Shown here piece by piece: positions 50,001 through 62,000 of a stretch of DNA of 64,000 bases. Source of the stretch: the human T2T-CHM13v2.0 reference genome, Homo sapiens. Each line of letters starts with the position of its first letter. Within the stretch, counting starts at the first letter, position 1. The notes under the pieces were generated by a model, which saw nothing but the letters and a program-made list of their open reading frames with translations, did not search any database and was not told where the DNA came from. A program made the position numbers and the translations under genes. The stretch is taken from assembly GCF_009914755.1 (NCBI RefSeq), contig NC_060935.1. The stretch is one strand, 5' to 3'.

Positions 50001-53000
50001 AACTACTTTGTGATGATTGCATTCAACTCACAGAGTTGAACATTCGTATAGATGGAGCAGGTTGTAAACAATCTTTTTGTAGAATCTGCGATTGGAGATT
50101 TGGACTGCTTTGAGGCCTACTGTAGTAAAGGAAATAACTTCATCTAAAAACCAAACGGAAGCATTCACAGACAATTCTTAGTGATCATTGGATTGAACTA
50201 ACAGAGCTGAACATTCCTTTAGATGGCGCAGTTTCCAAACACACTTTCTGTAGAATCTGCCACTGGATATTTGGACCTCTCTGAGGATTTCGTTGGAAAC
50301 GGGCTAAACTTCCCAGAAATACACGGAAGCATTCTGAGAAAATTCTTTGTGATGTCTGCATTCAACTCACAGAGGTGAACCTTGCTTTCATAGTTCAGCT
50401 TTCAAACACTCTTTTTGTAGGATCTGCAAGTGGATATTTGGACCACTTTGTGGCCTTCCTTCGAAACGGGTATATCTTCACATCAAACCTAGACAGAAGC
50501 ATTCTCAGAATGTTTCCTGTGATGACTGCATTCAACTCACAGAGGTGAACAATCCTGCTGATGGACCAGTTTTGAAACTCTCTTTCTTTGGATTCTGCAA
50601 GTGGATATGTGGACCTCTGTGAAGATTTCGTTGGAAACGGGTTCATCTTCACAGAAAAACTAAACAGGAGCATTCTCAGAAACTGCTTTGTGATGTTTGT
50701 GTTCCACTTCAGGAATTGAACTTTCCTCTTGACAGAGCAGCTCCGAAACCCTCTTTTTCTAGAATCTGCAAGTGGACATTTGGAGGGCTTTGAGGCCTGT
50801 GGTGGAAAAGGAAAATCTTCACATAAAAACTAGATGGAAGCATTCTCAGAAACTACTTTGTGATGATTGCATTTGTCTCACAGAGTTGAACATTCTTATA
50901 GATAGAGCAGGTTGTAAACAATCTTTTTGTAGAATCTGCGATTGGAGATTTGGACTGCTTTGAGGCCTACTGTAGTAAAGGAAATAACTTCATCTAAAAA
51001 CCAAACGGAAGCATTCACAGACAATTCTTAGTGATCATTGGATTGAACTAACAGAGCTGAACATTCCTTTAGATGGCGCAGTTTCCAAACACACTTTCTG
51101 TAGAATCTGCCACTGGATATTTGGACCTCTCTGAGGATTTCGTTGGAAACGGGCTAAATTTCCCAGAACTACACTGAAGCATTCTGAGAAACTTCTTTGT
51201 GATGTTTGCATTCAACTCACAGAGTTGAACCTTGCTTTCATAGTTCAGCTTTCAAACACTCTTTTTGTAGAATCTGCAAGTGGATATTTGGACCACTTTG
51301 TGGCCTTCCTTCGAAACGGGTATATCTTCACATCAAACCTAGACAGAAGCATTCTCAGAATGTTTCCTGTGATGACTGCATTCAACTCACAGAGGTGAAC
51401 AATCCTGCTGATGGAGCAGTTTTGAAACTCTCTTTCTTTGGATTCTGCAAGTGGATATGTGGACCTCTGTGAAGATTTCGTTGGAAACGGGTTCATCTTC
51501 ACAGAAAAAATAACCAGGAGTATTCTCAGAAACTGCTTTGTGATGTTTGTGTTCCACTTCAGGAATTGAACTTTCCTCTTGACAGAGCAGCTCTGAAACC
51601 CTCTTTTTCTAGAATCTGCAAGTGGACATTTGGAGGGCTTTGAGGCCTGTGGTGGAAAAGGAAAATCTTCACATAAAAACTAGATGGAAGCACTCTCAGA
51701 AACTACTTTGTGATGATTGCATTCGACTCACAGAGTTGAACATTCCTATAGATAGAGCAGGTTGTAAACAATCTTTTTGTAGAATCTGCGATTGGAGATT
51801 TGGACTGCTTTGAGGCCTACTGTAGTAAAGGAAATAACTTCATCTAAAAACCAAACGGAAGCATTCACAGACAATTCTTAGTGATCATTGGATTGAACTA
51901 ACAGAGCTGAACATTCCTTTAGATGGCGCAGTTTCCAAACACACTTTCTGTAGAATCTGCCACTGGATGTTTGGACCTCTCTGAGGATTTCGTTGGAAAC
52001 GGGCTAAACTTCCCAGAACTACACGGAAGCATTCTGAGAAACTTCTTTGTGATGTTTGCATTCAACTCACAGAGTTGAAACTTGCTTTCATAGTTCAGTT
52101 TCAAACACTCTTTTTGTAGAATCTGCAAGTGGATATTTGGACCACTTTGTGGCCTTCCTTCGAAACGGGTATATCTTCACATCAAACCTAGACAGAAGCA
52201 TTCTCAGAATGTTTTCTGTGATGACTGCATTCAACTCACAGAGGTGAACAATCCTGTTGATGGAGCAGTTTTGAAACTCTCTTTCTTTGGATTCTGCAAG
52301 TGGATATGTGGACCTCTGTGAAGATTTCGTTGGAAACGGGTTCATCTTCACAGAAAAGCTAAACAGGAGCATTCTCAGAAACTGCTTTGTGATGTTTGTG
52401 TTCCACTTCAAGAATTGAACTCTCCTCTTGACAGAGCAGCTCTGAAACCCTCTTTTTCTAGAATCTGCAAGTGGACATTTGGAGGGCTTTGAGGCCTGTG
52501 GTGGAAAAGGAAACTCTTCACATAAAAACTAGATGGAAGCATTCTCAGAAACTACTTTGTGATGATTGCATTCGACTCACAGAGTTGAACATTCCTATAG
52601 ATAGAGCACGTTGTAAACAATCTTTTTGTAGAATCTGTGATTGGAGATTTGGACTGCTTTGAGGCCTACTGTAGTAAAGGAAATAACTTCATCTAAAAAC
52701 CAAACGGAAGCATTCACAGACAATTCTTAGTGATCATTGGATTGAACTAACAGAGCTGAACATTCCTTTAGATGGAGCAGATTCCAAACACACTTTCTGT
52801 AGAATCTGCAACTGGATATTTGGACCTCTCTGAGGATTTCGTTGGAAACGGGATAAACTTCCCAGAACTACACGGAAGCATTCTGAGAAACTTCTTTGTG
52901 ATGTTTGCATTCAACTCACAGAGTTGAACCTTGCTTTCATAGTTCAGCTTTCAAACACTCTTTTTGTAGATTCTGCAAGTGGATATTTGGACCACTTTGT

Positions 53001-56000
53001 GGCCTTCCTTCGAAACGGGTATATCTTCACATCAAACCTAGACAGAAGCATTCTCAGAATGTTTTCTGTGATGACTGCATTCAACTCACAGAGGTGAACA
53101 ATCCTGTTGATGGAGCAGTTTTGAAACTCTCTTTCTTTGGATTCTGCAAGTGGATATGTGGACCTCTGTGAAGATTTCGTTGGAAACGGGTTCATCTTCA
53201 CAGAAAAACTAAACAGGAGCATTCTCAGAAACTGCTTTGTGATGTTTGTGTTCCACTTCAAGAATTGAACTTTCCTCTTGACAGAGCAGCTCTGAAACCC
53301 TCTTTTTCTAGAATCTGCAAGTGGACATTTGGAGGGCTTTGAGGCCTGTGGTGGAAAAGGAAAATCTTCACATAAAAACTAGATGGAAGCATTCTCAGAA
53401 ACTACTTTGTGATGATTGCATTCGACTCACAGAGTTGAACATTCCTATAGATAGAGCAGGTTGAAAACAATCTTTTTGTAGAATCTGCGATTGGAGATTT
53501 GGACTGCTTTGAGGCCTACTGTAGTAAAGGAAATAACTTCATCTAAAAACCAAACGGAAGCATTCACAGACAATTCTTAGTGATCATTGGATTGAACTAA
53601 CAGAGCTGAACATTCCTTTAGATGGAGCAGATTCCAAACAAACTTTCTGTAGAATCTGCAACTGGATATTTGGACCTCTCTGAGGATTTCGTTGGAAACG
53701 GGATAAACTTCCCAGAACTACACGGAAGCATTCTGAGAAACTTCTTTGTGATGTTTGCATTCAACTCACAGAGTTGAACCTTGCTTTCATAGTTCAGCTT
53801 TCAAACACTCTTTTTGTAGAATCTGCAAGTGGATATTTGGACCACTTTTTGGCCTTCCTTCGAAACGGGTATATCTTCGCATCAAACCTAGACAGAAGCA
53901 TTCTCAGAATGTTTCCTGCGATGACTGCATTCAACTCACAGAGGTGAACAATCCTGCTGATGGAGCAGTTTTGAAACTCTCTTTCTTTGGATTCTGCAAG
54001 TGGATATGTGGACCTCTGTGAAGATTTCGTTGGAAACGGGTTCATCATCACAGAAAAACTAAACAGGAGCATTCTCAGAAACTGCTTTGTGATGTTTGTG
54101 TTCCACTTCAAGAATTGAACTTTCCTCTTGACAGAGCAGCTCTGAAACCCTCTTTTTCTAGAATCTGCATGTGGACATTTGGAGGGCTTTGAGGCCTGTG
54201 GTGGAAAAGGAAAATATTCACATAAAAACTAGATGGAAGCATTCTCAGAAACTACTTTGTGATGATTGCATTCGACTCACAGAGTTGTACATTCCTATAG
54301 ATAGAGCAGGTTGTCAACAATCTTTTTGTAGAATCTGCGATTGGAGATTTGGACTGCTTTGAGGCCTACTGTAGTAAAGGAAATAACTTCATCTAAAAAC
54401 CAAACGGAAGCATTCACAGACAATTCTTAGTGATCATTGGATTGAAATAACTGAGCTGAACATTCCTTTAGATGGCGCAGTTTCCAAACACACTTTCTGT
54501 AGAATCTGCAAGTGGATATTTGGACCTCTCTGAGGATTTCGTTGGAAAAGGGATAAACTTCCCAGAACTACACGGAAGTATTCTGAGAAACTTCTTTGTG
54601 ATGTTTGCATTTAACTCACAGAGTTGAACCTTGCTTTCATAGTTCAGCTTTCAAACACTCTTTTTGTAGGATCTGCAAGTGGATATTTGGACCACTTTGT
54701 GGCCTTCCTTCGAAACGGGTATATCTTCACATCAAACCTAGACAGAAGCATTCTCAGAATGTTTCTTGTGATGACTGCATTCAACTCACAGAGGTGAACA
54801 ATCCTGCCGATGGACCAGTTTTGAAACTCTCTTTCTTTGGATTCTGCAAGTGGATATGTGGACCTCTGTGAACATTTCGTTGGAAACGGGTTCATCTTCA
54901 CAGAAAAACTAAACAGGAGCATTCTCAGAAACTGCTTTGTGATGTTTGTGTTCCACTTCAGGAATTGAACTTTCCTCTTGACAGAGCAGCTCTGAAACCC
55001 TCTTTTTCTAGAATCTGCAAGTGGACATTTGGAGGGCTTTGAGGCCTGTGGTGGAAAAGGAAAATCTTCACATAAAAACTAGATGGAAGCACTCTCAGAA
55101 ACTACTTTGTGATGATTGCATTCGACTCACAGAGTTGAACATTCCTATAGATAGAGCAGGTTGTAAACAATCTTTTTGTAGAATCTGCGATTGGAGATTT
55201 GGACTGCTTTGAGGCCTACTGTAGTAAAGGAAATAACTTCATCTAAAAACCAAACGGAAGCATTCACAGACAATTCTTAGTGATCATTGGATTGAACTAA
55301 CAGAGCTGAACATTCCTTTAGATGGCGCAGTTTCCAAACACACTTTCTGTAGAATCTGCAAGTGGATATTTGGACCTCTCTGAGGATTTCGTTGGAAACG
55401 GGATAAACTTCCCAGAACTACACGGAAGTATTCTGAGAAACTTCTTTGTGATGTTTCCATTTAACTCACAGAGTTGAACCTTGCTTTCATAGTTCAGCTT
55501 TCAAACACTCTTTTTGTAGAATCTGCAAGTGGATATTTGGACCACTTTGTGGCCTTCCTTCCAAACGGGTATATCTTCACATCAAACCTAGACAGAAGCA
55601 TTCTCAGAATGTTTCCTGTGATGACTGCATTCAACTCACAGAGGTAAACAATCCTGCTGATGGAGCAGTTTTGAAACTCTCTTTCTTTGGATTCTGCAAG
55701 TGGATATGTGGACCTCTGTGAAGATTTCGTTGGAAACGGGTTCATCTTCACAGAAAAAATAACCAGGAGCATTCTCAGAAACTGCTTTGTGATGTTTGTG
55801 TTCCACTTCAGGAATTGAACTTTCCTCTTGAGAGAGCAGCTCTGAAACCCTCTTTTTCTAGAATCTGCAAGTGGACATTTGGAGGGCTTTGAGGCCTGTG
55901 GTGGAAAAGGAAACTCTTCACATAAAAACTAGATGGAAGCATTCTCAGAAACTACTTTGTGATGATTGCATTCGACTCACAGAGTTGAACATTCCTATAG

Positions 56001-59000
56001 ATAGAGCAGGTTGTAAACAATCTTTTTGTAGAATCTGTGATTGTAGATTTGGACTGCTTTGAGGCCTACTGTAGTAAAGGAAATAACTTCATCTAAAAAC
56101 CAAACGGAAGCATTCACAGACAATTCTTAGTGATCATTGGATTGAGCTAACAGAGCTGAACATTCCTTTAGATGGAGCAGATTCCAAACACACTTTCTGT
56201 AGAATCTGCAACTGGATATTTGGACCTCTCTGAGGATTTCGTTGGAAACGGGATAAACTTCCCAGAACTACACGGAAGCATTCTGAGAAACTTCTTTGTG
56301 ATGTTTGCATTCAACTCACAGAGTTGAACCTTGCTTTCATAGTTCAGCTTTCAAACACTCTTTTTGTAGAATCTGCAAGTGGATATTTGGACCACTTTGT
56401 GGCCTTCCTTCGAAACGGGTATATCTTCACATCAAACCTAGACAGAAGCATTCTCAGAATGTTTTCTGTGATGACTGCATTCAACTCACAGAGGTGAACA
56501 ATCCTGTTGATGGAGCAGTTTTGAAACTCTCTTTCTTTGGATTCTGCAAGTGGATATGTGGACCTCTGTGAAGATTTCGTTGGAAACGGGTTCATCTTCA
56601 CAGAAAAACTAAACAGGAGCATTCTCAGAAACTGCTTTGTGATGTTTGTGTTCCACTTCAAGAATTGAACTTTCCTCTTGACAGAGCAGCTCTGAAACCC
56701 TCTTTTTCTAGAATCTGCAAGTGGACATTTGGAGGGCTTTGAGGCCTGTGGTGGAAAAGGAAAATCTTCACATAAAAACTAGATGGAAGCATTCTCAGAA
56801 ACTACTTTGTGATGATTGCATTCGACTCACAGAGTTGAACATTCCTATAGATAGAGCAGGTTGAAAACAATCTTTTTGTAGAATCTGCGATTGGAGATTT
56901 GGACTGCTTTGAGGCCTACTGTAGTAAAGGAAATAACTTCATCTAAAAACCAAACGGAAGCATTCACAGACAATTCTTAGTGATCATTGGATTGAACTAA
57001 CAGAGCTGAACATTCCTTTAGATGGCGCAGTTTCCAAACACACTTTCTGTAGAATCTGCAAGTGGATATTTGGACCTCTCTGAGGATTTCGTTGGAAACG
57101 GGATGAACTTCCCTGAACTACACGGAAGTATTCTGAGAAACTTCTTTGTGATGTTTGCATTCAACTCACAGAGTTGAACCTTGCTTTCATAGTTCAGCTT
57201 TCAAACACTCTTTTTGTAGAATCTGCAAGTGGATATTTGGACCACTTTGTGGCCTTCCTTCCAAACGGGTATATCTTCACATCAAACCTAGACAGAAGCA
57301 TTCTCAGAATGTTTCCTGTGATGACTGCATTCAACTCACAGAGGTAAACAATCCTGCTGATGGAGCAGTTTTAAAACTCTCTTTCTTTGGATTCTGCAAG
57401 TGGATATGTGGACCTCTGTGAAGATTTCATTGGAAACGGGTTCATCTTCACAGAAAAAATAACCAGGAGCATTCTCAGAAACTGCCTTGTGATGTTTGTG
57501 TTCCACTTCAGGAATTGAACTTTCCTCTTGACAGAGCAGCTCTGAAACCCTCTTTTTCTAGAATCTGCAAGTGGACATTTGGAGGGCTTTGAGGCCTGTG
57601 GTGGAAAAGGAAACTCTTCACATAAAAACTAGATGGAAGCATTCTCAGAAACTACTTTGTGATGATTGCATTCGACTCACAGAGTTGAACATTCCTATAG
57701 ATAGAGCAGGTTGTAAACAATCTTTTTGTAGAATCTGTGATTGGAGATTTGGACTGCTTTGAGGCCTACTGTCGTAAAGGAAATAACTTCATCTAAAAAC
57801 CAAACGGAAGCATTCACAGACAATTCTTAGTGATCATTGGATTGAACTAACAGAGCTGAACATTCCTTTAGATGGAGCAGATTCCAAACACACTTTCTGT
57901 AGAATCTGCAACTGGATATTTGGACCTCTCTGAGGATTTCGTTGGAAACGGGCTAAACTTCCCAGAACTACACGGAAGCATTCTGAGAAACTTCTTTGTG
58001 ATGTTTGCATTCAACTCACAGAGTTGAACCTTGCTTTCATAGTTCAGCTTTCAAACACTCTTTTTGTAGAATCTGCAAGTGGATATTTGGACCACTTTGT
58101 GGCCTTCCTTCGAAACGGGTATATCTTCACATCAAACCTAGACAGAAGCATTCTCAGAATGTTTTCTGTGATGACTGCATTCAACTCACAGAGGTGAACA
58201 ATCCTGTTGATGGAGCAGTTTTGAAACTCTCTTTCTTTGGATTCTGCAAGTGGATATGTGGACCTCTGTGAAGATTTCGTTGGAAACAGGTTCATCTTCA
58301 CAGAAAAACTAAACAGGAGCATTCTCAGAAACTGCTTTGTGATATTTGTGTTCCACTTCAAGAATTGAACTTTCCTCTTGACAGAGCAGCTCTGAAACCC
58401 TCTTTTTCTAGAATCTGCAAGTGGACATTTGGAGGGCTTTGAGGCCTGTGGTGGAAAAGGAAAATCTTCACATAAAAACTAGATGGAAGCATTCTCAGAA
58501 ACTACTTTGTGATGATTGCATTCGACTCACAGAGTTGAACATTCCTATAGATAGAGCAGGTTGAAAACAATCTTTTTGTAGAATCTGCGATTGGAGATTT
58601 GGACTGCTTTGAGGCCTACTGTAGTAAAGGAAATAACTTCATCTAAAAACCAAACGGAAGCATTCACAGACAATTCTTAGTGATCATTGGATTGAACTAA
58701 CAGAGCTGAACATTCCTTTAGATGGAGCAGATTCCAAACACACTTTCTGTAGAATCTGCAACTGGATATTTGGACCTCTCTGAGGATTTCGTTGGAAACG
58801 GGATAAACTTCCCAGAACTACACGGAAGCATTCTGAGAAACTTCTTTGTGATGTTTGCATTCAACTCACAGAGTTGAACCTTGCTTTCATAGTTCAGCTT
58901 TCAAACACTCTTTTTGTAGATTCTGCAAGTGGATATTTGGACCACTTTTTGGCCTTCCTTCGAAACGGGTATATCTTCGCATCAAACCTAGACAGAAGCA

Positions 59001-62000
59001 TTCTCACAATGTTTCCTGCGATGACTGCATTCAACTCACAGAGGTGAACAATCCTGCTGATGGAGCAGTTTTGAAACTCTCTTTCTTTGGATTCTGCAAG
59101 TGGATATGTGGACCTCTGTGAAGATTTCGTTGGAAACGGGTTCATCTTCACAGAAAAACTAAACAGGAGCATTCTCAGAAACTGCTTTGTGATGTTTGTG
59201 TTCCACTTCAAGAATTGAACTTTCCTCTTGACAGAGCAGCTCTGAAACCCTCTTTTTCTAGAATCTGCAAGTGGACATTGGGAGGGCTTTGAGGCCTGTG
59301 GTGGAAAAGGAAAATCTTCACATAAAAACTAGATGGAAGCACTCTCAGAAACTACTTTGTGATGATTGCATTCGACTCACAGAGTTGAACATTCCTATAG
59401 ATAGAGCAGGTTGTAAACAATCTTTTTGTAGAATCTGCGATTGGAGATTTGGACTGCTTTGAGGCCTACTGTAGTAAAGGAAATAACTTCATCTAAAAAC
59501 CAAACGGAAGCATTCACAGACAATTCTTAGTGATCATTGGATTGAACTAACAGAGCTGAACATTCCTTTAGATGGCGCAGTTTCCAAACACACTTTCTGT
59601 AGAATCTGCCACTGGATATTTGGACCTCTCTGAGGATTTCGTTGGAAACGGGCTAAACTTCCCAGAACTACACGGAAGCATTCTGAGAAACTTCTTTGTG
59701 ATGTTTGCATTCAACTCACAGAGTTGAACCTTGCTTTCATAGTTCAGCTTTCAAACACTCTTTTTGTAGAATCTGCAAGTGGATATTTGGACCACTTTGT
59801 GGCCTTCCTTCGAAACGGGTATATCTTCACATCAAACCTAGACAGAAGCATTCTCAGAATGTTTTCTGTGATGACTGCATTCAACTCACAGAGGTGAACA
59901 ATCCTGTTGATGGAGCAGTTTTGAAACTCTCTTTCTTTGGATTCTGCAAGTGGATATGTGGACCTCTGTGAAGATTTCGTTGGAAACGGGTTCATCTTCA
60001 CAGAAAAACTAAACAGGAGCATTCTCAGAAACTGCTTTGTGATGTTTGTGTTCCACTTCAAGAATTGAACTTTCCTCTTGACAGAGCAGCTCTGAAACCC
60101 TCTTTTTCTAGAATCTGCAAGTGGACATTTGGAGGGCTTTGAGGCCTGTGGTGGAAAAGGAAAATCTTCACATAAAAACTAGATGGAAGCATTCTCAGAA
60201 ACTACTTTGTGATGATTGCATTCGACTCACAGAGTTGAACATTCCTACAGATAGAGCAGGTTGAAAACAATCTTTTTGTAGAATCTGCGATTGGAGATTT
60301 GGACTGCTTTGAGGCCTACTGTAGTAAAGGAAATAACTTCATCTAAAAACCAAACGGAAGCATTCACAGACAATTCTTAGTGATCATTGGATTGAACTAA
60401 CAGAGCTGAACATTCCTTTAGATGGCGCAGTTTCCAAACACACTTTCTGTAGAATCTGCCACTGGATATTTGGACCTCTCTGAGGATTTCGTTGGAAACA
60501 GGATAAACTTCCCAGAACTACACGGAAGCATTCTGAGAAACTTCTTTGTGATGTTTGCATTCAACTCACAGAGTTGAACCTTGCTTTCATAGTTCAGCTT
60601 TCAAACACTCTTTTTGTAGAATCTGCAAGTGGATATTTGGACCACTTTGTGGCCTTCCTTCGAAACGGGTATATCTTCACATCAAACCTAGACAGAAGCA
60701 TTCTCAGAATGTTTTCTGTGATGACTGCATTCAACTCACAGAGGTGAACAATCCTGCTGATGGACCAGTTTTGAAACTCTCTTTCTTTGGATTCTGCAAG
60801 TGGATATGTGGACCTCTGTGAAGATTTCGTTGGAAACGGGTTCATCTTCACAGAAAAACTAAACAGGAGCATTCTCAGAAACTGCTTTGTGATGTTTGTG
60901 TTCCACTTCAAGTATTGAACTTTCCTCTTGACAGAGCAGCTCTGAAACCCTCTTTTTCTAGAATCTGCAAGTGGACATTTGGAGGGCTTTGAGGCCTGTG
61001 GTGGAAAAGGAAACTCTTCACATAAAAACTAGATGGAAGCATTCTCAGAAACTACTTTGTGATGATTGCATTCAACTCACAGAGTTGAACATTCGTATAG
61101 ATGGAGCAGGTTGTAAACAATCTTTTTGTAGAATCTGCGATTGGAGATTTGGACTGCTTTGAGGCCTACTGTAGTAAAGGAAATAACTTCATCTAAAAAC
61201 CAAACGGAAGCATTCACAGACAATTCTTAGTGATCATTGGATTGAACTAACAGAGCTGAACATTCCTTTAGATGGCGCAGTTTCCAAACACACTTTCTGT
61301 AGAATCTGCCACTGGATATTTGGACCTCTCTGAGGATTTCGTTGGAAACGGGCTAAACTTCCCAGAAATACACGGAAGCATTCTGAGAAAATTCTTTGTG
61401 ATGTCTGCATTCAACTCACAGAGGTGAACCTTGCTTTCATAGTTCAGCTTTCAAACACTCTTTTTGTAGGATCTGCAAGTGGATATTTGGACCACTTTGT
61501 GGCCTTCCTTCGAAACGGGTATATCTTCACATCAAACCTAGACAGAAGCATTCTCAGAATGTTTCCTGTGATGACTGCATTCAACTCACAGAGGTGAACA
61601 ATCCTGCTGATGGACCAGTTTTGAAACTCTCTTTCTTTGGATTCTGCAAGTGGATATGTGGACCTCTGTGAAGATTTCGTTGGAAACGGGTTCATCTTCA
61701 CAGAAAAACTAAACAGGAGCATTCTCAGAAACTGCTTTGTGATGTTTGTGTTCCACTTCAGGAATTGAACTTTCCTCTTGACAGAGCAGCTCCGAAACCC
61801 TCTTTTTCTAGAATCTGCAAGTGGACATTTGGAGGGCTTTGAGGCCTGTGGTGGAAAAGGAAAATCTTCACATAAAAACTAGATGGAAGCATTCTCAGAA
61901 ACTACTTTGTGATGATTGCATTTGTCTCACAGAGTTGAACATTCTTATAGATAGAGCAGGTTGTAAACAATCTTTTTGTAGAATCTGCGATTGGAGATTT

